Source of the DNA: a virus
Taxonomy: Duplodnaviria; Caudoviricetes
Length of the DNA: 54,283 bases
Virus record (IMG/VR): IMGVR_UViG_3300045922_000602
Coordinates: 1-54,283 of that record
Strand: one strand, 5' to 3'
This document shows, piece by piece, positions 28,939 through 38,598 of this stretch. The translations under genes and the position numbers were made by a program. The notes under the pieces were generated by a model. That model ran no database searches, was not told where the DNA came from, and was given only the letters and a program-made list of their open reading frames with translations. The number at the start of each line of letters is the position of its first letter. Within the stretch, counting starts at the first letter, position 1.

Positions 28939-29570
28939 TTAAGCGCCGAACCCCCGATGAGTTTCTGATAGACGGATGCCCAATAAGTGGCCTCATCGTT
29001 GCGTTTGAGATACATTGAGGCCAACATGTTGACACCGGCAACGATAACGTCACGGGCGTCATCAATCAACGTCAATACGTTGGATAGGGATGTAAGGTTA
29101 GGTACGGCTTTCTCGTAGGTTACTTCAATGGTCGTAGCGCCAACTTTCGGGGCAGGATAGATGAACAACAGATTCGGCCAGACGCGTTGATAATACAAAG
29201 GCAGAGGACCCCAAGTTTGCCAAGAAACCTGCCGGGAGTCGGGGCTGGGAGGGGCACCGATGGCGGGTGAAGAGCGCTCCATCTCTGCGGCTGGGGAAAC
29301 TATACCTTCAAGAGGGATCAGAAGCTGGTCGAAGCTGCGGTGATACACAGTGCGGATTCGTCGTGTGTCACTGGCGAGGTTGTAGGAGGACTGATTCGAC
29401 GCTGTAGTGATTTGATGCACGCTAATGTTTTGCGCGCTATAAAGCGAGCTGTGGAGAATCTCCTTTTGGATGCGGTCGATCCAGCTTAACATTACGGGGC
29501 CATTGTCCACCGGGTCGATGAGTCCGCGCATGTCGCGGGAGACATCATTGGCAACATCTTGCGCCGTCAT
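28935..29570 (-). CDS. Head-tail adaptor-like protein
   Basis: MTAQDV start, G.P.YY...L.IYPAP...I.V.Y motif. Confidence 0.6.
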   Translation of the reverse strand: MTAQDVANDVSRDMRGLIDPVDNGPVMLSWIDRIQKEILHSSLYSAQNISVHQITTASNQSSYNLASDTRRIRTVYHRSFDQLLIPLEGIVSPAAEMERSSPAIGAPPSPDSRQVSWQTWGPLPLYYQRVWPNLLFIYPAPKVGATTIEVTYEKAVPNLTSLSNVLTLIDDARDVIVAGVNMLASMYLKRNDEATYWASVYQKLIGGSALK

Positions 29571-29581
29571 GAGACATTACC

Positions 29582-29902
29582 TCATAACAATGCGCCAGAT
29601 GGTTCGAGCAAGCCGACCACTACCTGTGCCCCACCAGCGTTCGTTGTTCCAATTCGGAACTGTGATGGACGAATCTCATTTGGGTAGCCGAGATTCAGGA
29701 TGAATGGCTGCGTTGTAGTGGCGATACCCAATACCCCCGAAATCGGTGATAATGTCATTGCACTATTGCCGATGTAGACGAGGTTGTTTTCGGTTTGAAT
29801 GATCAAGACACTGGCGCGTAAGTCGGTGTTTGTCGTGATTTGTGTGACAGCATTTTGAGTCAGAGTGAAGCGTCCGAGCGGACGAGGGACGTTGAGTTGC
29901 AT
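29582..29902 (-). CDS. Small virion protein (decoration-like)
   Basis: AGGAG RBS; beta-rich VYIG motif; downstream of the capsid genes. Confidence 0.55.
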   Translation of the reverse strand: MQLNVPRPLGRFTLTQNAVTQITTNTDLRASVLIIQTENNLVYIGNSAMTLSPISGVLGIATTTQPFILNLGYPNEIRPSQFRIGTTNAGGAQVVVGLLEPSGALL

Positions 29903-29917
29903 GTATCGCTCCTGAGC

Positions 29918-29946
29918 AAGAAGGGGGCCGCACAGAGCGGCCCCTC
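29918..29946 (-). terminator. Possible intrinsic terminator after the capsid cluster
   Basis: GGGGCCGC-5 nt-GCGGCCCC stem followed by CTTCTT on the minus strand. Confidence 0.45.
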
Positions 29947-29949
29947 GAT

Positions 29950-30249
29950 TTATTGGCCGCTATCGCTACCAATCCCGGCCCAATAGCCACGGGAGCGTTG
30001 GATGTCTGCCAATGCTTTCAAGTCGACTTTGCCGCGCAGTAAGCGCAGAGAGCCGTCCATGTGATTGGCAATGAGACGATCCAACTCCTTGGCCACTTCG
30101 GAAGAGACGGTATATGAACCGCCGGGTTCGAAAACCTGCCCATTGATCCAACAGCCGGGGAAGCGCTCGCCCAATGGGTCCTTTTCCGGGATGTTAACAA
30201 TCACGGAGTCGTGTTTTGTGTGTTTGGTCTCAGTTGCTTCCTTTGCCAT
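29950..30249 (-). CDS. Hypothetical protein
   Basis: In operon, just downstream of the major capsid gene cluster. Confidence 0.7.
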   Translation of the reverse strand: MAKEATETKHTKHDSVIVNIPEKDPLGERFPGCWINGQVFEPGGSYTVSSEVAKELDRLIANHMDGSLRLLRGKVDLKALADIQRSRGYWAGIGSDSGQ

Positions 30250-30252
30250 AGA

Positions 30253-30555
30253 TCAGTCTTTCTTGCCGTACCCGGTCTGCGGGGACGGAGTGATGCCCAG
30301 CTTGCGGTCATCATCGTCGAAGGTCGCCGACAACAGCTTACTCTCAACCTCACGAAAAGTTGAGTGAATATTGCTGCCAGTGGACAGCTCCCTGCCCATC
30401 AGTGAGCGGCCTTCCATGTCGATGCGAGGATGGTGCATCCCCACACCCCCAGGCATCTCGTCCCACATGAAGATTTCAGCTCGGACGTCTTTAACTTTCT
30501 TCATTTTTTCTCCTTCAAACTCTTGTAGGCGGAGCCGGTTACCCGGCCCCGCCAT
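30253..30555 (-). CDS. Hypothetical protein
   Basis: In operon; an internal GAAGGAG RBS suggests the true start may be MKKVKD. Confidence 0.6.
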   Translation of the reverse strand: MAGPGNRLRLQEFEGEKMKKVKDVRAEIFMWDEMPGGVGMHHPRIDMEGRSLMGRELSTGSNIHSTFREVESKLLSATFDDDDRKLGITPSPQTGYGKKD

Positions 30556-30565
30556 CAGTTAGTTG

Positions 30566-31534
30566 TTATGGGTTGTTCCGGTTGTAGTTAGCCTCGTTGG
30601 CACCCAGCGACCGTACGTTGATCAGCCACTTCGTATTGGTGATCACGGCCTTGAAGGCGAACTTCCAGCCGATCTTGTAGTTTTGATACAGCGGGTCCGC
30701 CTGGCCGCCAGGAGCGACGACATATGCACGAAGATTCTGAAGGTCAGTCACCTGGTAGGCGAACCGACCAATCGCGAATCCCCCATACACATTCTTGCCA
30801 CCGCTATTCGTACCGATCGCCGCAAACGCGGGTGCGTTCGAACGAACGATGCGGAAGCCAGCCAACTCGGCGACTTCACCCTTCCAGATGCGTTCCGGGG
30901 CCTTGAATTGTGCAGCACGGATGAAATCGGGGTCGAGCTGCAACGCGCTGTACTGTGCCGGTGCGATCACAAGGACGAAATCGCCATCCGTGAAGGGTCG
31001 AGCACCGTTGACGCTCAGAAGCGAGTCGAGATTGACAAGGTCTGCATAGGCCAACGAAGATGTAAGGCCGCTATCGCTTGTCGCCGTACCGGGGCGGTAG
31101 ACGTTCGTGGTCGTACCCAACGTATTATAGATGAGCTGATCGTACACCTCGGCAGCCTGCAGGCCAAGGATGTACACAGTACGGGCTACGAGCGGATGAC
31201 GGGCAGTCAGTACAGCGAGGTCCGACAAGCGAACCACATTGCCATACTGCTCGACCGTCGCCTCGATCTGATTTAAGGTCAGGCCCACAGCGTCGGGCGG
31301 GACGCCCTCCGTCAATTGCGTTGGGGTTGCTGGAACCTGCAGCTTCTCCTCGCGGACGAAGCGTATTGTCTTGCCAACATGAGGTGGAAGCGGGCGCTTC
31401 TCGCCGAAGTCCCGCAATACTGTATGAAGTTCTGCCACTTCGAGCAACTGCGCGGACAAGTAGGATACCAACTCTGCGGCGGTACTCCCTGCAGTTCCGG
31501 CGGTGCCCGTTGTGACGGTAATAACGTCTGGCAT
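30566..31534 (-). CDS. Major capsid protein (N4-gp56 family-like)
   Basis: P...GKTIRF, LTEGV.P, QYG...SD, GE...AG.R.V and DPL.Q...GWK motifs; follows the scaffold gene. Confidence 0.9.
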   Translation of the reverse strand: MPDVITVTTGTAGTAGSTAAELVSYLSAQLLEVAELHTVLRDFGEKRPLPPHVGKTIRFVREEKLQVPATPTQLTEGVPPDAVGLTLNQIEATVEQYGNVVRLSDLAVLTARHPLVARTVYILGLQAAEVYDQLIYNTLGTTTNVYRPGTATSDSGLTSSLAYADLVNLDSLLSVNGARPFTDGDFVLVIAPAQYSALQLDPDFIRAAQFKAPERIWKGEVAELAGFRIVRSNAPAFAAIGTNSGGKNVYGGFAIGRFAYQVTDLQNLRAYVVAPGGQADPLYQNYKIGWKFAFKAVITNTKWLINVRSLGANEANYNRNNP

Positions 31535-31554
31535 TTGTTACTAACTCTCCTGTG

Positions 31555-32505
31555 TTAGATTTTTACATCGGTCACCCCCCTGCTTTCGAGCCAACGCATG
31601 TAGGCCTTGCGCTTCTCTGGATCGGCTAGATTATCATCCAGGTTGTTCGGATCAAACGCCTCTCCGCGTGCGGTTGTGGCCTGCACGGGAGGCATCGTCC
31701 CCGGGCGCAGCGTCGGGCGAGGGGGTGGAGAGGCAGATTGGACTGGTTGTTGCTGTTGCTTCACAAGTTCGGGGAGGCGCTTTCCGCGAGCCGCGTAGTA
31801 CGCGGTCTCGTACAAATCAGGTAAGTGCTGGTATAACTCTGGAGACTGCTCGGCGGCCCGAATCAACTGCATGAGAGTGGGATTCTCTTGCAGTATGCTC
31901 GGGAGTTCACGCTGAGCAAATTCGTCAAAGTCTTTGATCCGCGTGCGTACACGCTCCATAGCAGCCGTGCGCGCTACATCTTGCAGCACGGTGACATAGG
32001 GTCGTACGACGGATTGCACGAACCGTTGATGGGCTTGGACGAAACGTTCACCGTCGCCACGTTCAATTGCTGCGTTGAGGTCTTGAACGAACTTGGTTGG
32101 ATTGGCCAAGTAGTCCTCTTCCGCTGGTGAAGGAACTTGTGGTGGTGGCGGTGGTTGCTGCACAGTGGGGCGTGGAGTGCCTACCGGCTTGCCCGTAATG
32201 GGATCGATGCCGGTCACTTGTACGTACTGCTGGCGCAATTGGTCGATGAGTTCGTCCTTTTGGTCAATGCCCTTGACGGCCTCTTCTGGTGTCTTGTAGA
32301 CAGTCTTTTTACCACGTAAGAAGAACTCCTCCTGCTGCGGCTGTTCGGGCTGTTGTGCACCCGTAGGCACGGCGTCGGAGTTGGGGCCGAAGACGTTGGA
32401 AAGCTCGACATCCCCGAGCGGAGCGTTGGCAAGCCAATCATCCGCCTGGGTTAGACTTTCGGGGACTGCTGGTTGGTTGGGATCCGGTTGTCCGGTGCTA
32501 TTCAT
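31555..32505 (-). CDS. Capsid scaffolding protein
   Basis: Acidic, P/Q-rich and helical; immediately upstream of the capsid gene. Confidence 0.7.
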   Translation of the reverse strand: MNSTGQPDPNQPAVPESLTQADDWLANAPLGDVELSNVFGPNSDAVPTGAQQPEQPQQEEFFLRGKKTVYKTPEEAVKGIDQKDELIDQLRQQYVQVTGIDPITGKPVGTPRPTVQQPPPPPQVPSPAEEDYLANPTKFVQDLNAAIERGDGERFVQAHQRFVQSVVRPYVTVLQDVARTAAMERVRTRIKDFDEFAQRELPSILQENPTLMQLIRAAEQSPELYQHLPDLYETAYYAARGKRLPELVKQQQQPVQSASPPPRPTLRPGTMPPVQATTARGEAFDPNNLDDNLADPEKRKAYMRWLESRGVTDVKI

Positions 32506-32810
32506 TTACTTTCTCCTTGTGGGGTGCCAACGCGCGTTACTGAAGCCCGGAATTGTTTCAAGAACTTCTCCGGATTGTCGTAACTGCCAGCGTTGGATTG
32601 GCGTGGGGTCTCCACGCGGTGGGTAAATTCGGAGCGCAGCCAAGTACACGCTTGTAGCGCACCTTGGATGCGGAATAAACTCTCTACGTCGGAGGCTTCC
32701 TGGAACTGGCGGATCAGGTCGTCACGCAAGATGTCAAAGAGCATCTTGAGTGAGTGCCAGCCGGGGTGAGAAGCGAGCGATCTTACAGATTCGCTGTTAT
32801 ACTGCACCAC
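32502..32810 (-). CDS. Hypothetical head-assembly protein
   Basis: L..HPGW...QG pattern; lies between portal and scaffold. Confidence 0.65.
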   Translation of the reverse strand: MVQYNSESVRSLASHPGWHSLKMLFDILRDDLIRQFQEASDVESLFRIQGALQACTWLRSEFTHRVETPRQSNAGSYDNPEKFLKQFRASVTRVGTPQGESK

Positions 32811-34833
32811 CTTCGCCTCCTTCCTTCATGATTTTTCCGAGACCCGAGAGACCTAATGCGTTTGCACCCAGGTTTTGACCAAGTGTACGGTTGATAGTCT
32901 CTTCTGGTGAGCCGGGAATGGAACCCTCAAATTGAACTTTGGGTGGCCGACCGCCACGGTCGATTGCGTCTTTGGGTTCGCGACCGGTTTTGGCGAGAAT
33001 CTCTGCCTCGGCTTTCTCGCGGAAGATGGTCTCGATTTGGGCCATTTTGGCTTGTTGCTCGGCCTGCTGCATTTGGGCGACCTGCTCCGGTGTGTAGAGG
33101 ATACGGTCGAGGTTGCGGATCTCAAACAGACGCCCAATTTCACGCAGGGCCTCGTAGATGTTGATGTAGGGATTGCCGCCAAGGATGTTCATTAGCGCCA
33201 TAAGGTTTCGCTGGCGCACAACCTTGTTTTGCATGTAATTGGCGGCAAAAATCTTGAATTCGAAACCGCCTGCTAGCTGCTCCGGGGTTACACTTGGGTA
33301 ACGAGGGATTGCGGCCTCCTCGCCGGTGATGACAACCTCGTAGGGTGCCTTTAGGTACTGTTGATTGAGGCTTGCGCACATCTGCAGGAGAGGTTGAATG
33401 ATGTCAACCTCGAGGTTGCGGAGGAACTTCTTAAAACGTGGTGAAGCATCAACGGCGGATAAAGCCACACCGGTGGGGGTCTTTGCGGAAATCTGTGCGT
33501 CGATGTCGGTGAAGCCGGTTGCGAGCTTCACCATTTGCTGGAAGAGTGGGAGGATTGCATAATCGCCTTGAGAGGGAGTGAAAGATGGCAGTGGCAGAAT
33601 GGCTTTGTTCACGTCACCGTGTACGGCAACGCGGCCACCTGGGACGTTGGCGAAGTCGAGAGACTCCTCGTCAATCTGGGCCTCAATGTCGTAGACATAG
33701 CGGCGATTGATGCCCAAATTCCAGTTATCCACGATCATGTTCACTGTGCGGTTGATCGCCTCATACACGCTTTGGGCGGCTTCGACCAGACCGTAGCCGT
33801 AAATCTGGTTCGGCAGCTTGATGAAGCTGGTCCACACAATGGGGGCCCGCATGTGCCAGAATGGATTGGGACCGTGGAATAGAACGATGTCTTGGCCGCC
33901 GTAGATGCGGCGCTTGAAGGCTGAATAACTGGCGGCACGGAAGGAGTAGAGATAGTCCTTCCATCCCAAAGCGTCTGTGTCATCGTGCACAGTGACCAAA
34001 GTTACTGTGTTGTCGACGGTGTTCCAGACCTCGGCGATTCGCACGATGACGTCGTTGGGGTTCGGCTCTCGTTCGACGGCGTCGGCGAGTTGAACGAAGG
34101 CATCCTCAAAGTACAGATCCGGGTTCGCTTCGAACTCCTTCTTCATCGTTCCCCAATCGCGCTCGGTAAGGTGAGCGACGATCTTGCCGTCGGGGTCGAC
34201 TAGAAAGTCAAAAACGTCAATGGCGGTAAAGACGGGGCGGTTGCGGGGCACGCGGACGGGCTTTTGCTGCTGGCCGATGATCACCGGTTGGTTGGTGTTG
34301 GGATCGATGACAGGTTGGCCGGTGGTGGGGTCCACAAGTGGGATGGGCTCGGGGATGACGATGGTATCGTAGCTCCAATCCCAGTCAACTTTCATCGCGC
34401 CGTGGCCGAAGATGCAGATGTTCCGCACGAGGATTTCAAACTGGTCGAGGAAATTACTGCGGGGCAGCTGTGAGAGTAGCACAGACTGCATAGCGTCTGC
34501 GGAGGTGGAGTCACTTTGTGTACGGCCAATTGTCTCGAACCATGGCCAGAAACCGAAGAAGGCCTCCATTACCTGTGAGACGGTTTGCTCGACGACTGCG
34601 TGCGGATAGGGAACGAAGATGTTTGAGCGGGGGGTAACTTGGTCGGGGAATTTCTGCGCCGTCCGAACGCCGAGATACTGCTGATACCAGCCAGCACGCT
34701 GTTGATCATATTGGCGGCGAAAGTGGAGCATGCGCGTGAGGTGCGCGCGGATATTTGCCGAAAGTTCGGAGCGCTCCTCTTCGCTCATGCCGGATTGCTG
34801 CCGTTGTTGCTGTTCTGGTTCTTGGAGCGTCAT
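32797..34833 (-). CDS. Portal protein
   Basis: 678 aa; FG.G.MKV.W, DF.VDP and YG.G motifs, Q-rich C-terminal barrel; downstream of the terminase. Confidence 0.88.
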   Translation of the reverse strand: MTLQEPEQQQRQQSGMSEEERSELSANIRAHLTRMLHFRRQYDQQRAGWYQQYLGVRTAQKFPDQVTPRSNIFVPYPHAVVEQTVSQVMEAFFGFWPWFETIGRTQSDSTSADAMQSVLLSQLPRSNFLDQFEILVRNICIFGHGAMKVDWDWSYDTIVIPEPIPLVDPTTGQPVIDPNTNQPVIIGQQQKPVRVPRNRPVFTAIDVFDFLVDPDGKIVAHLTERDWGTMKKEFEANPDLYFEDAFVQLADAVEREPNPNDVIVRIAEVWNTVDNTVTLVTVHDDTDALGWKDYLYSFRAASYSAFKRRIYGGQDIVLFHGPNPFWHMRAPIVWTSFIKLPNQIYGYGLVEAAQSVYEAINRTVNMIVDNWNLGINRRYVYDIEAQIDEESLDFANVPGGRVAVHGDVNKAILPLPSFTPSQGDYAILPLFQQMVKLATGFTDIDAQISAKTPTGVALSAVDASPRFKKFLRNLEVDIIQPLLQMCASLNQQYLKAPYEVVITGEEAAIPRYPSVTPEQLAGGFEFKIFAANYMQNKVVRQRNLMALMNILGGNPYINIYEALREIGRLFEIRNLDRILYTPEQVAQMQQAEQQAKMAQIETIFREKAEAEILAKTGREPKDAIDRGGRPPKVQFEGSIPGSPEETINRTLGQNLGANALGLSGLGKIMKEGGEGGAV

Positions 34834-35141
34834 GCTTTCGCGATTTCGATCTTTGGACGCCGATATAGTTGCACGGCGTGGGGGTTCTCAATCAGCCGAT
34901 GGACGAGTTCTTCCAGGCGCTCGATAACTTCCCTCTGTTGGCTCGGGGGGAACTGCGCGAGGATGTGGGCAAAATAGACGAACCAACAATCGGGGCAGCC
35001 CTCGATGGGTGGCCGACGGATTTGTGTGATTGTATAGTTGTGCCGACCGCACACAAGGAGGACACGATTCGGGTCGAGAACATTGCGGAGCAGTTCTTCC
35101 CGCTCGCGCTCACTAAGTTTGTTGACCTGAATTTCTTGCAT
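34830..35141 (-). CDS. Hypothetical protein, possible Zn-binding
   Basis: C..H and CPDC motifs; coupled to its neighbours. Confidence 0.65.
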   Translation of the reverse strand: MQEIQVNKLSEREREELLRNVLDPNRVLLVCGRHNYTITQIRRPPIEGCPDCWFVYFAHILAQFPPSQQREVIERLEELVHRLIENPHAVQLYRRPKIEIAKA

Positions 35142-35470
35142 TAGTCCTCTGCGTGCAGGAGGTCTTCGCCGGTGTCAGTAATGCGACCGCCGGGGTCACG
35201 GAAATTGTACTGTAGGTTTAAGTGGGTTTCTTCGTCGTGGACGCCCTCACCATAAGTATTGACATAAGCGTCATTGAAGCGGGCGTAGCATTCCGGAAGG
35301 CTCAATGGCTCGAAGTCGTTCTTGCCTTTGCGAGATGGTAGCCCCTTTTCGGGGGTGCTCGCAAATTTGCGAAGTTCTTCTTTGTCCATGCCTTTGAAGG
35401 CATCAGTTTGGGCTTGGTTCTTAAGCACGAGGGCGGCCAATCGGCGTTGCGCTTTTGACACTGCGGGCAT
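35141..35470 (-). CDS. DUF3008-like protein
   Basis: MPAVSKAQRR...M...EL.KFAST..KGLP motif. Confidence 0.6.
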   Translation of the reverse strand: MPAVSKAQRRLAALVLKNQAQTDAFKGMDKEELRKFASTPEKGLPSRKGKNDFEPLSLPECYARFNDAYVNTYGEGVHDEETHLNLQYNFRDPGGRITDTGEDLLHAED

Positions 35471-35856
35471 TAGTCTTTCTCCTCTTCTTTCATCTTTTGT
35501 GTGATCGGCTCCCAAGCGTTGCAGCACATACGGGCCGATACAGTGGTATCAAGTTCATGGCACCATCCACGGGAAGAATCACCCGCGCGTGCAAAATAGA
35601 AGCAGTTAGCGCATTGCGACGGAGCGGTATTTTCCACATAGCCTGCCTCTTCGTCGGAGAGTGAGGCTACTTTATGATCCACGATTGGATCACCCCAGAT
35701 GAAGAAGCCACACACTCCTGTTTTCATAGATACACGCTCACGAGTAAGGATCGCGCAGGCATTCTCATCTTCCAGGCGGAAGATGCATAGGCCACACGCG
35801 GCGCCTTTGCTGGGCATGTTGGTGGCTTCAAATAGAAGTGCGTCGTCGCGTTTCAT
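35470..35856 (-). CDS. Tandem HiPIP-like four-cysteine domain protein
   Basis: Two C..C.F...C...VS....C..[FW] units. Confidence 0.55.
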   Translation of the reverse strand: MKRDDALLFEATNMPSKGAACGLCIFRLEDENACAILTRERVSMKTGVCGFFIWGDPIVDHKVASLSDEEAGYVENTAPSQCANCFYFARAGDSSRGWCHELDTTVSARMCCNAWEPITQKMKEEEKD

Positions 35857-35862
35857 GCCACC

Positions 35863-37383
35863 CTACGTGTATGATCGGAAGGAGGCTTCTTTGGCAAGAC
35901 GCTCATGGGAGATGGGGGCCTTCTGCGCGCGAGGGGGGAGCGTGGCGAGCAGGTATTGTAGAGCGTTGACCAGGTCGTCATTGCCCTTGCGCGGGCGTTG
36001 TTTGCTCATACCCGCCAACGGGCCTCGTTGGAACGAGTCCCAAACGTAGTTCTCGAGCTGATCCGACAGTTTTGACAGTGTGTTAAAGAGAAACAGGCGC
36101 GGGTGGCGAGAACTGGGCTGCGTTGTGGCGAGCATGTATTCTATTGAGCGACCGAGGCCATAGTCGAGGTCGATGCGGGCGAGGCGTACAGGGATGCCAC
36201 ATTCGCGGTATAGTTGCGCGCCGGTCTTGTGTGTCTCGGCGTTGCGTTGCGCGCCCCACTTCGGATCGATGAGCCAAAAGTCGATGCTCTCACCTGCCGA
36301 TAAGGAGATGATTTCCTTGGCGTGTTCTGAGACCGTCCGGTTGCTGCCTACGTATTCGCGGTAGACGTAGACGTCCCCACTGTGTGGGTCTACAGCGGCC
36401 CAGATTGCGGCGGTGGGGCCAGTGGCGGCGGGGTCGATTGAACACCAACGCCGCCAGTGCATCGGGATGTGGTATGGTGCGATGCAGTGTGTGGCACGCG
36501 AGAACATCGGATACACGCGGCCTGTGCGCTGGATGAAGTTGCCGTAGAGGCGGGCGCTCTCTTCTGGATGTCCTGCCCAGCGCTCGCGGAGACGTGCCTT
36601 TTCGACGGCGGGGAGATAGGGGTTGTCGAAGACACTGAGCTGCACGACCCCGATGTCTGGGGCCCCACTCCTCGCCGCAACATAGAGGTCGTACAGCCAA
36701 GGGCGCTGTGCTTGGGCACCAATATCTGCCAGTGGGGTAGCAGTCACGATGATGCGGCCACCGCGGTCGATGGTTCGCTGGTAACATTCATCGTAGATGT
36801 CGCCCTCGCATTCTTCATCGATCCAAATGAGGTCGAGAGAAGCGCCCTGAAATTTTGGGCGACCGGACTCGGCTGACTTGCACGTCAGCAGTTGATTGGA
36901 GGTGCCGTGAATCTGAAATTCACGTTCGAGGATGCGAGCAACATTGGGGTTGTGAGGGGAGATGAAAGGAGGATGCGCCGCTCCGCCTACTAAATGCTCG
37001 CGCCAAATGACGTCGCGGACTGTGGGAAAGTCGAGGCCGACCGCCCAAATCGTACCCCCGTTCTCCGGAATGGGCAAATCTTGGATCAGAGACTCAACGG
37101 GGGAATCTTTGAAGTAGTTCTTGCCAAAGAACCAGCATGCGGCGAGCCAGCTACCAAGGCTTGTCTTGCCAGCGCGGTTGCCGCCGAGGATGATAACGAC
37201 TTTCTTGCCTTGAGCAAGCAGCTGGATCGCTTGGAGTTGGCTGCCATACGGCGTAAAATACCGAGCGTAGTGGGTTTCTCGGTTCTGCTTCTCAATGCGG
37301 TCTACGAGTTCTTGCGCAGTGCGATAGTCTCCTGCGCGGTCGACGAGAAACTTAGCTAGCCGATTGACATCGGTCTGCGCCAA
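35863..37383 (-). CDS. terL: Terminase large subunit
   Basis: Walker A GGNRAGKT, Walker B WIDEE, nuclease motifs IDP and DD...AL.Y. Confidence 0.92.
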   Translation of the reverse strand: MAQTDVNRLAKFLVDRAGDYRTAQELVDRIEKQNRETHYARYFTPYGSQLQAIQLLAQGKKVVIILGGNRAGKTSLGSWLAACWFFGKNYFKDSPVESLIQDLPIPENGGTIWAVGLDFPTVRDVIWREHLVGGAAHPPFISPHNPNVARILEREFQIHGTSNQLLTCKSAESGRPKFQGASLDLIWIDEECEGDIYDECYQRTIDRGGRIIVTATPLADIGAQAQRPWLYDLYVAARSGAPDIGVVQLSVFDNPYLPAVEKARLRERWAGHPEESARLYGNFIQRTGRVYPMFSRATHCIAPYHIPMHWRRWCSIDPAATGPTAAIWAAVDPHSGDVYVYREYVGSNRTVSEHAKEIISLSAGESIDFWLIDPKWGAQRNAETHKTGAQLYRECGIPVRLARIDLDYGLGRSIEYMLATTQPSSRHPRLFLFNTLSKLSDQLENYVWDSFQRGPLAGMSKQRPRKGNDDLVNALQYLLATLPPRAQKAPISHERLAKEASFRSYT

Positions 37384-37390
37384 GGCCAGA

Positions 37391-37597
37391 TTACTTGTCC
37401 TCCCTCACATACGGCTCCGAAACTGGAGTGCCGTCGGGATTAGCGAAATGCGCCAACACGGCGGTGGCACCCTGCACGGCGGAGAGGGCGACCAAAGCCC
37501 AGAACTTAGCACGCGGGGGCAGGACATCATAGCTAGCATTGATGCCTTGCGCGACGAGCGCGAGACTCTGAACAATCATGTTGGCGGAAAATTTCAT
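37391..37597 (-). CDS. Small membrane protein (holin-like)
   Basis: GAGG RBS; two hydrophobic segments. Confidence 0.55.
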   Translation of the reverse strand: MKFSANMIVQSLALVAQGINASYDVLPPRAKFWALVALSAVQGATAVLAHFANPDGTPVSEPYVREDK

Positions 37598-37645
37598 TCG
37601 AAATACCTCTGGATTAGTTCGGAAATGGACCGGATGTGGAAATTA

Positions 37646-38110
37646 TCATTGCACCATATCGGGCGGTAGGGGCTGTAGATCGCCACGAGGACCTTTGCCC
37701 ACACGGGAGGCGATGGACTTGCGGAGTTCTTCGATCTGTGCGGGTGTAAGCCCAGCGATTTGGTCCGTGGTGGATTCGATGTCATCCCCGCGTGCTACAC
37801 GGGCTAGCTTGGCGACGCCGTCGAGGGCTTTGTCGTATTGACCGGCGGAGATGAGTTGGTCGATCAGGTACTGCATTTGGCCGATTAGGCCCTCGCGGCC
37901 TCGGTACGTCGATGCGCCGAGTTGAGCATAGTACTCGAACCTCTCCCGCTGGTATATCTCAAGGAACGCGGCACGCCGCGCGTGTTTCTCTGCTTCTTCG
38001 GGCGTTAGTACTATGCCGCACTCGGCAGCAGCGGCACGAAACGGGAGGTTCTGACGTAGCATGACTCGAGCAACTTCTCGATACCAGTTCTTTGGCCTCT
38101 TCCGCTTCAT
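37646..38110 (-). CDS. Putative terminase small subunit
   Basis: First gene of the late operon; helical, N-terminal HTH-like region, LT..QIEEL C-terminus. Confidence 0.55.
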   Translation of the reverse strand: MKRKRPKNWYREVARVMLRQNLPFRAAAAECGIVLTPEEAEKHARRAAFLEIYQRERFEYYAQLGASTYRGREGLIGQMQYLIDQLISAGQYDKALDGVAKLARVARGDDIESTTDQIAGLTPAQIEELRKSIASRVGKGPRGDLQPLPPDMVQ

Positions 38111-38569
38111 CCCGGTGCGTTGTAAATCGGGCCTAAAATGCTAAGGCCCCTATAGTATAGGTGCGTGTAGGTGGGGTTGCGTGTGTCTGAGGTGAGACAG
38201 TGATTGATATGATTGGGGTTGGGCTGGATTTAGGGGGTGAATTTTGTATAGATAATCCAGCCATTTTTGGGTATCCCGCATATCAAAATTCTGTCTGCCG
38301 TCAATGGGGACCCCTAGGACTAGAGCGGGTGGGGGGAACTAAGCCAAAACCTATATACACCTCTGACTCCAACAGCCCCACTCTCAACCCACTGATCAAT
38401 CAGATATTTAGGACCTTCAGATCTTTAATACTAATGATCCGAAATTCCGATTCCAACTTCCGGTTTCGGAGTTTGGGATCCGAATATCTGATATATGCGG
38501 CGGCACCCGCAAACGACAAGTAAAAGCCCGCTAAGAAGCCGAAGGAATGGCGAAAGCGGTAGTTGTACT

Positions 38570-38598
38570 GTGTCCGATAATACCCTATTATGTCAACT
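38570..38598 (+). other. dif-like XerCD recombination site
   Basis: GTGTCCGATAA-TACCCTA-TTATGTCAACT. The right arm matches the E. coli XerD arm TTATGTTAAAT at 9/11; the central region is 7 bp rather than 6. Confidence 0.6.

Noticed and set aside
30563-31276. 237-aa plus-strand ORF and similar antisense ORFs across the virion operon
   Set aside because: Antisense to clearly recognisable genes, with no RBS or motifs.
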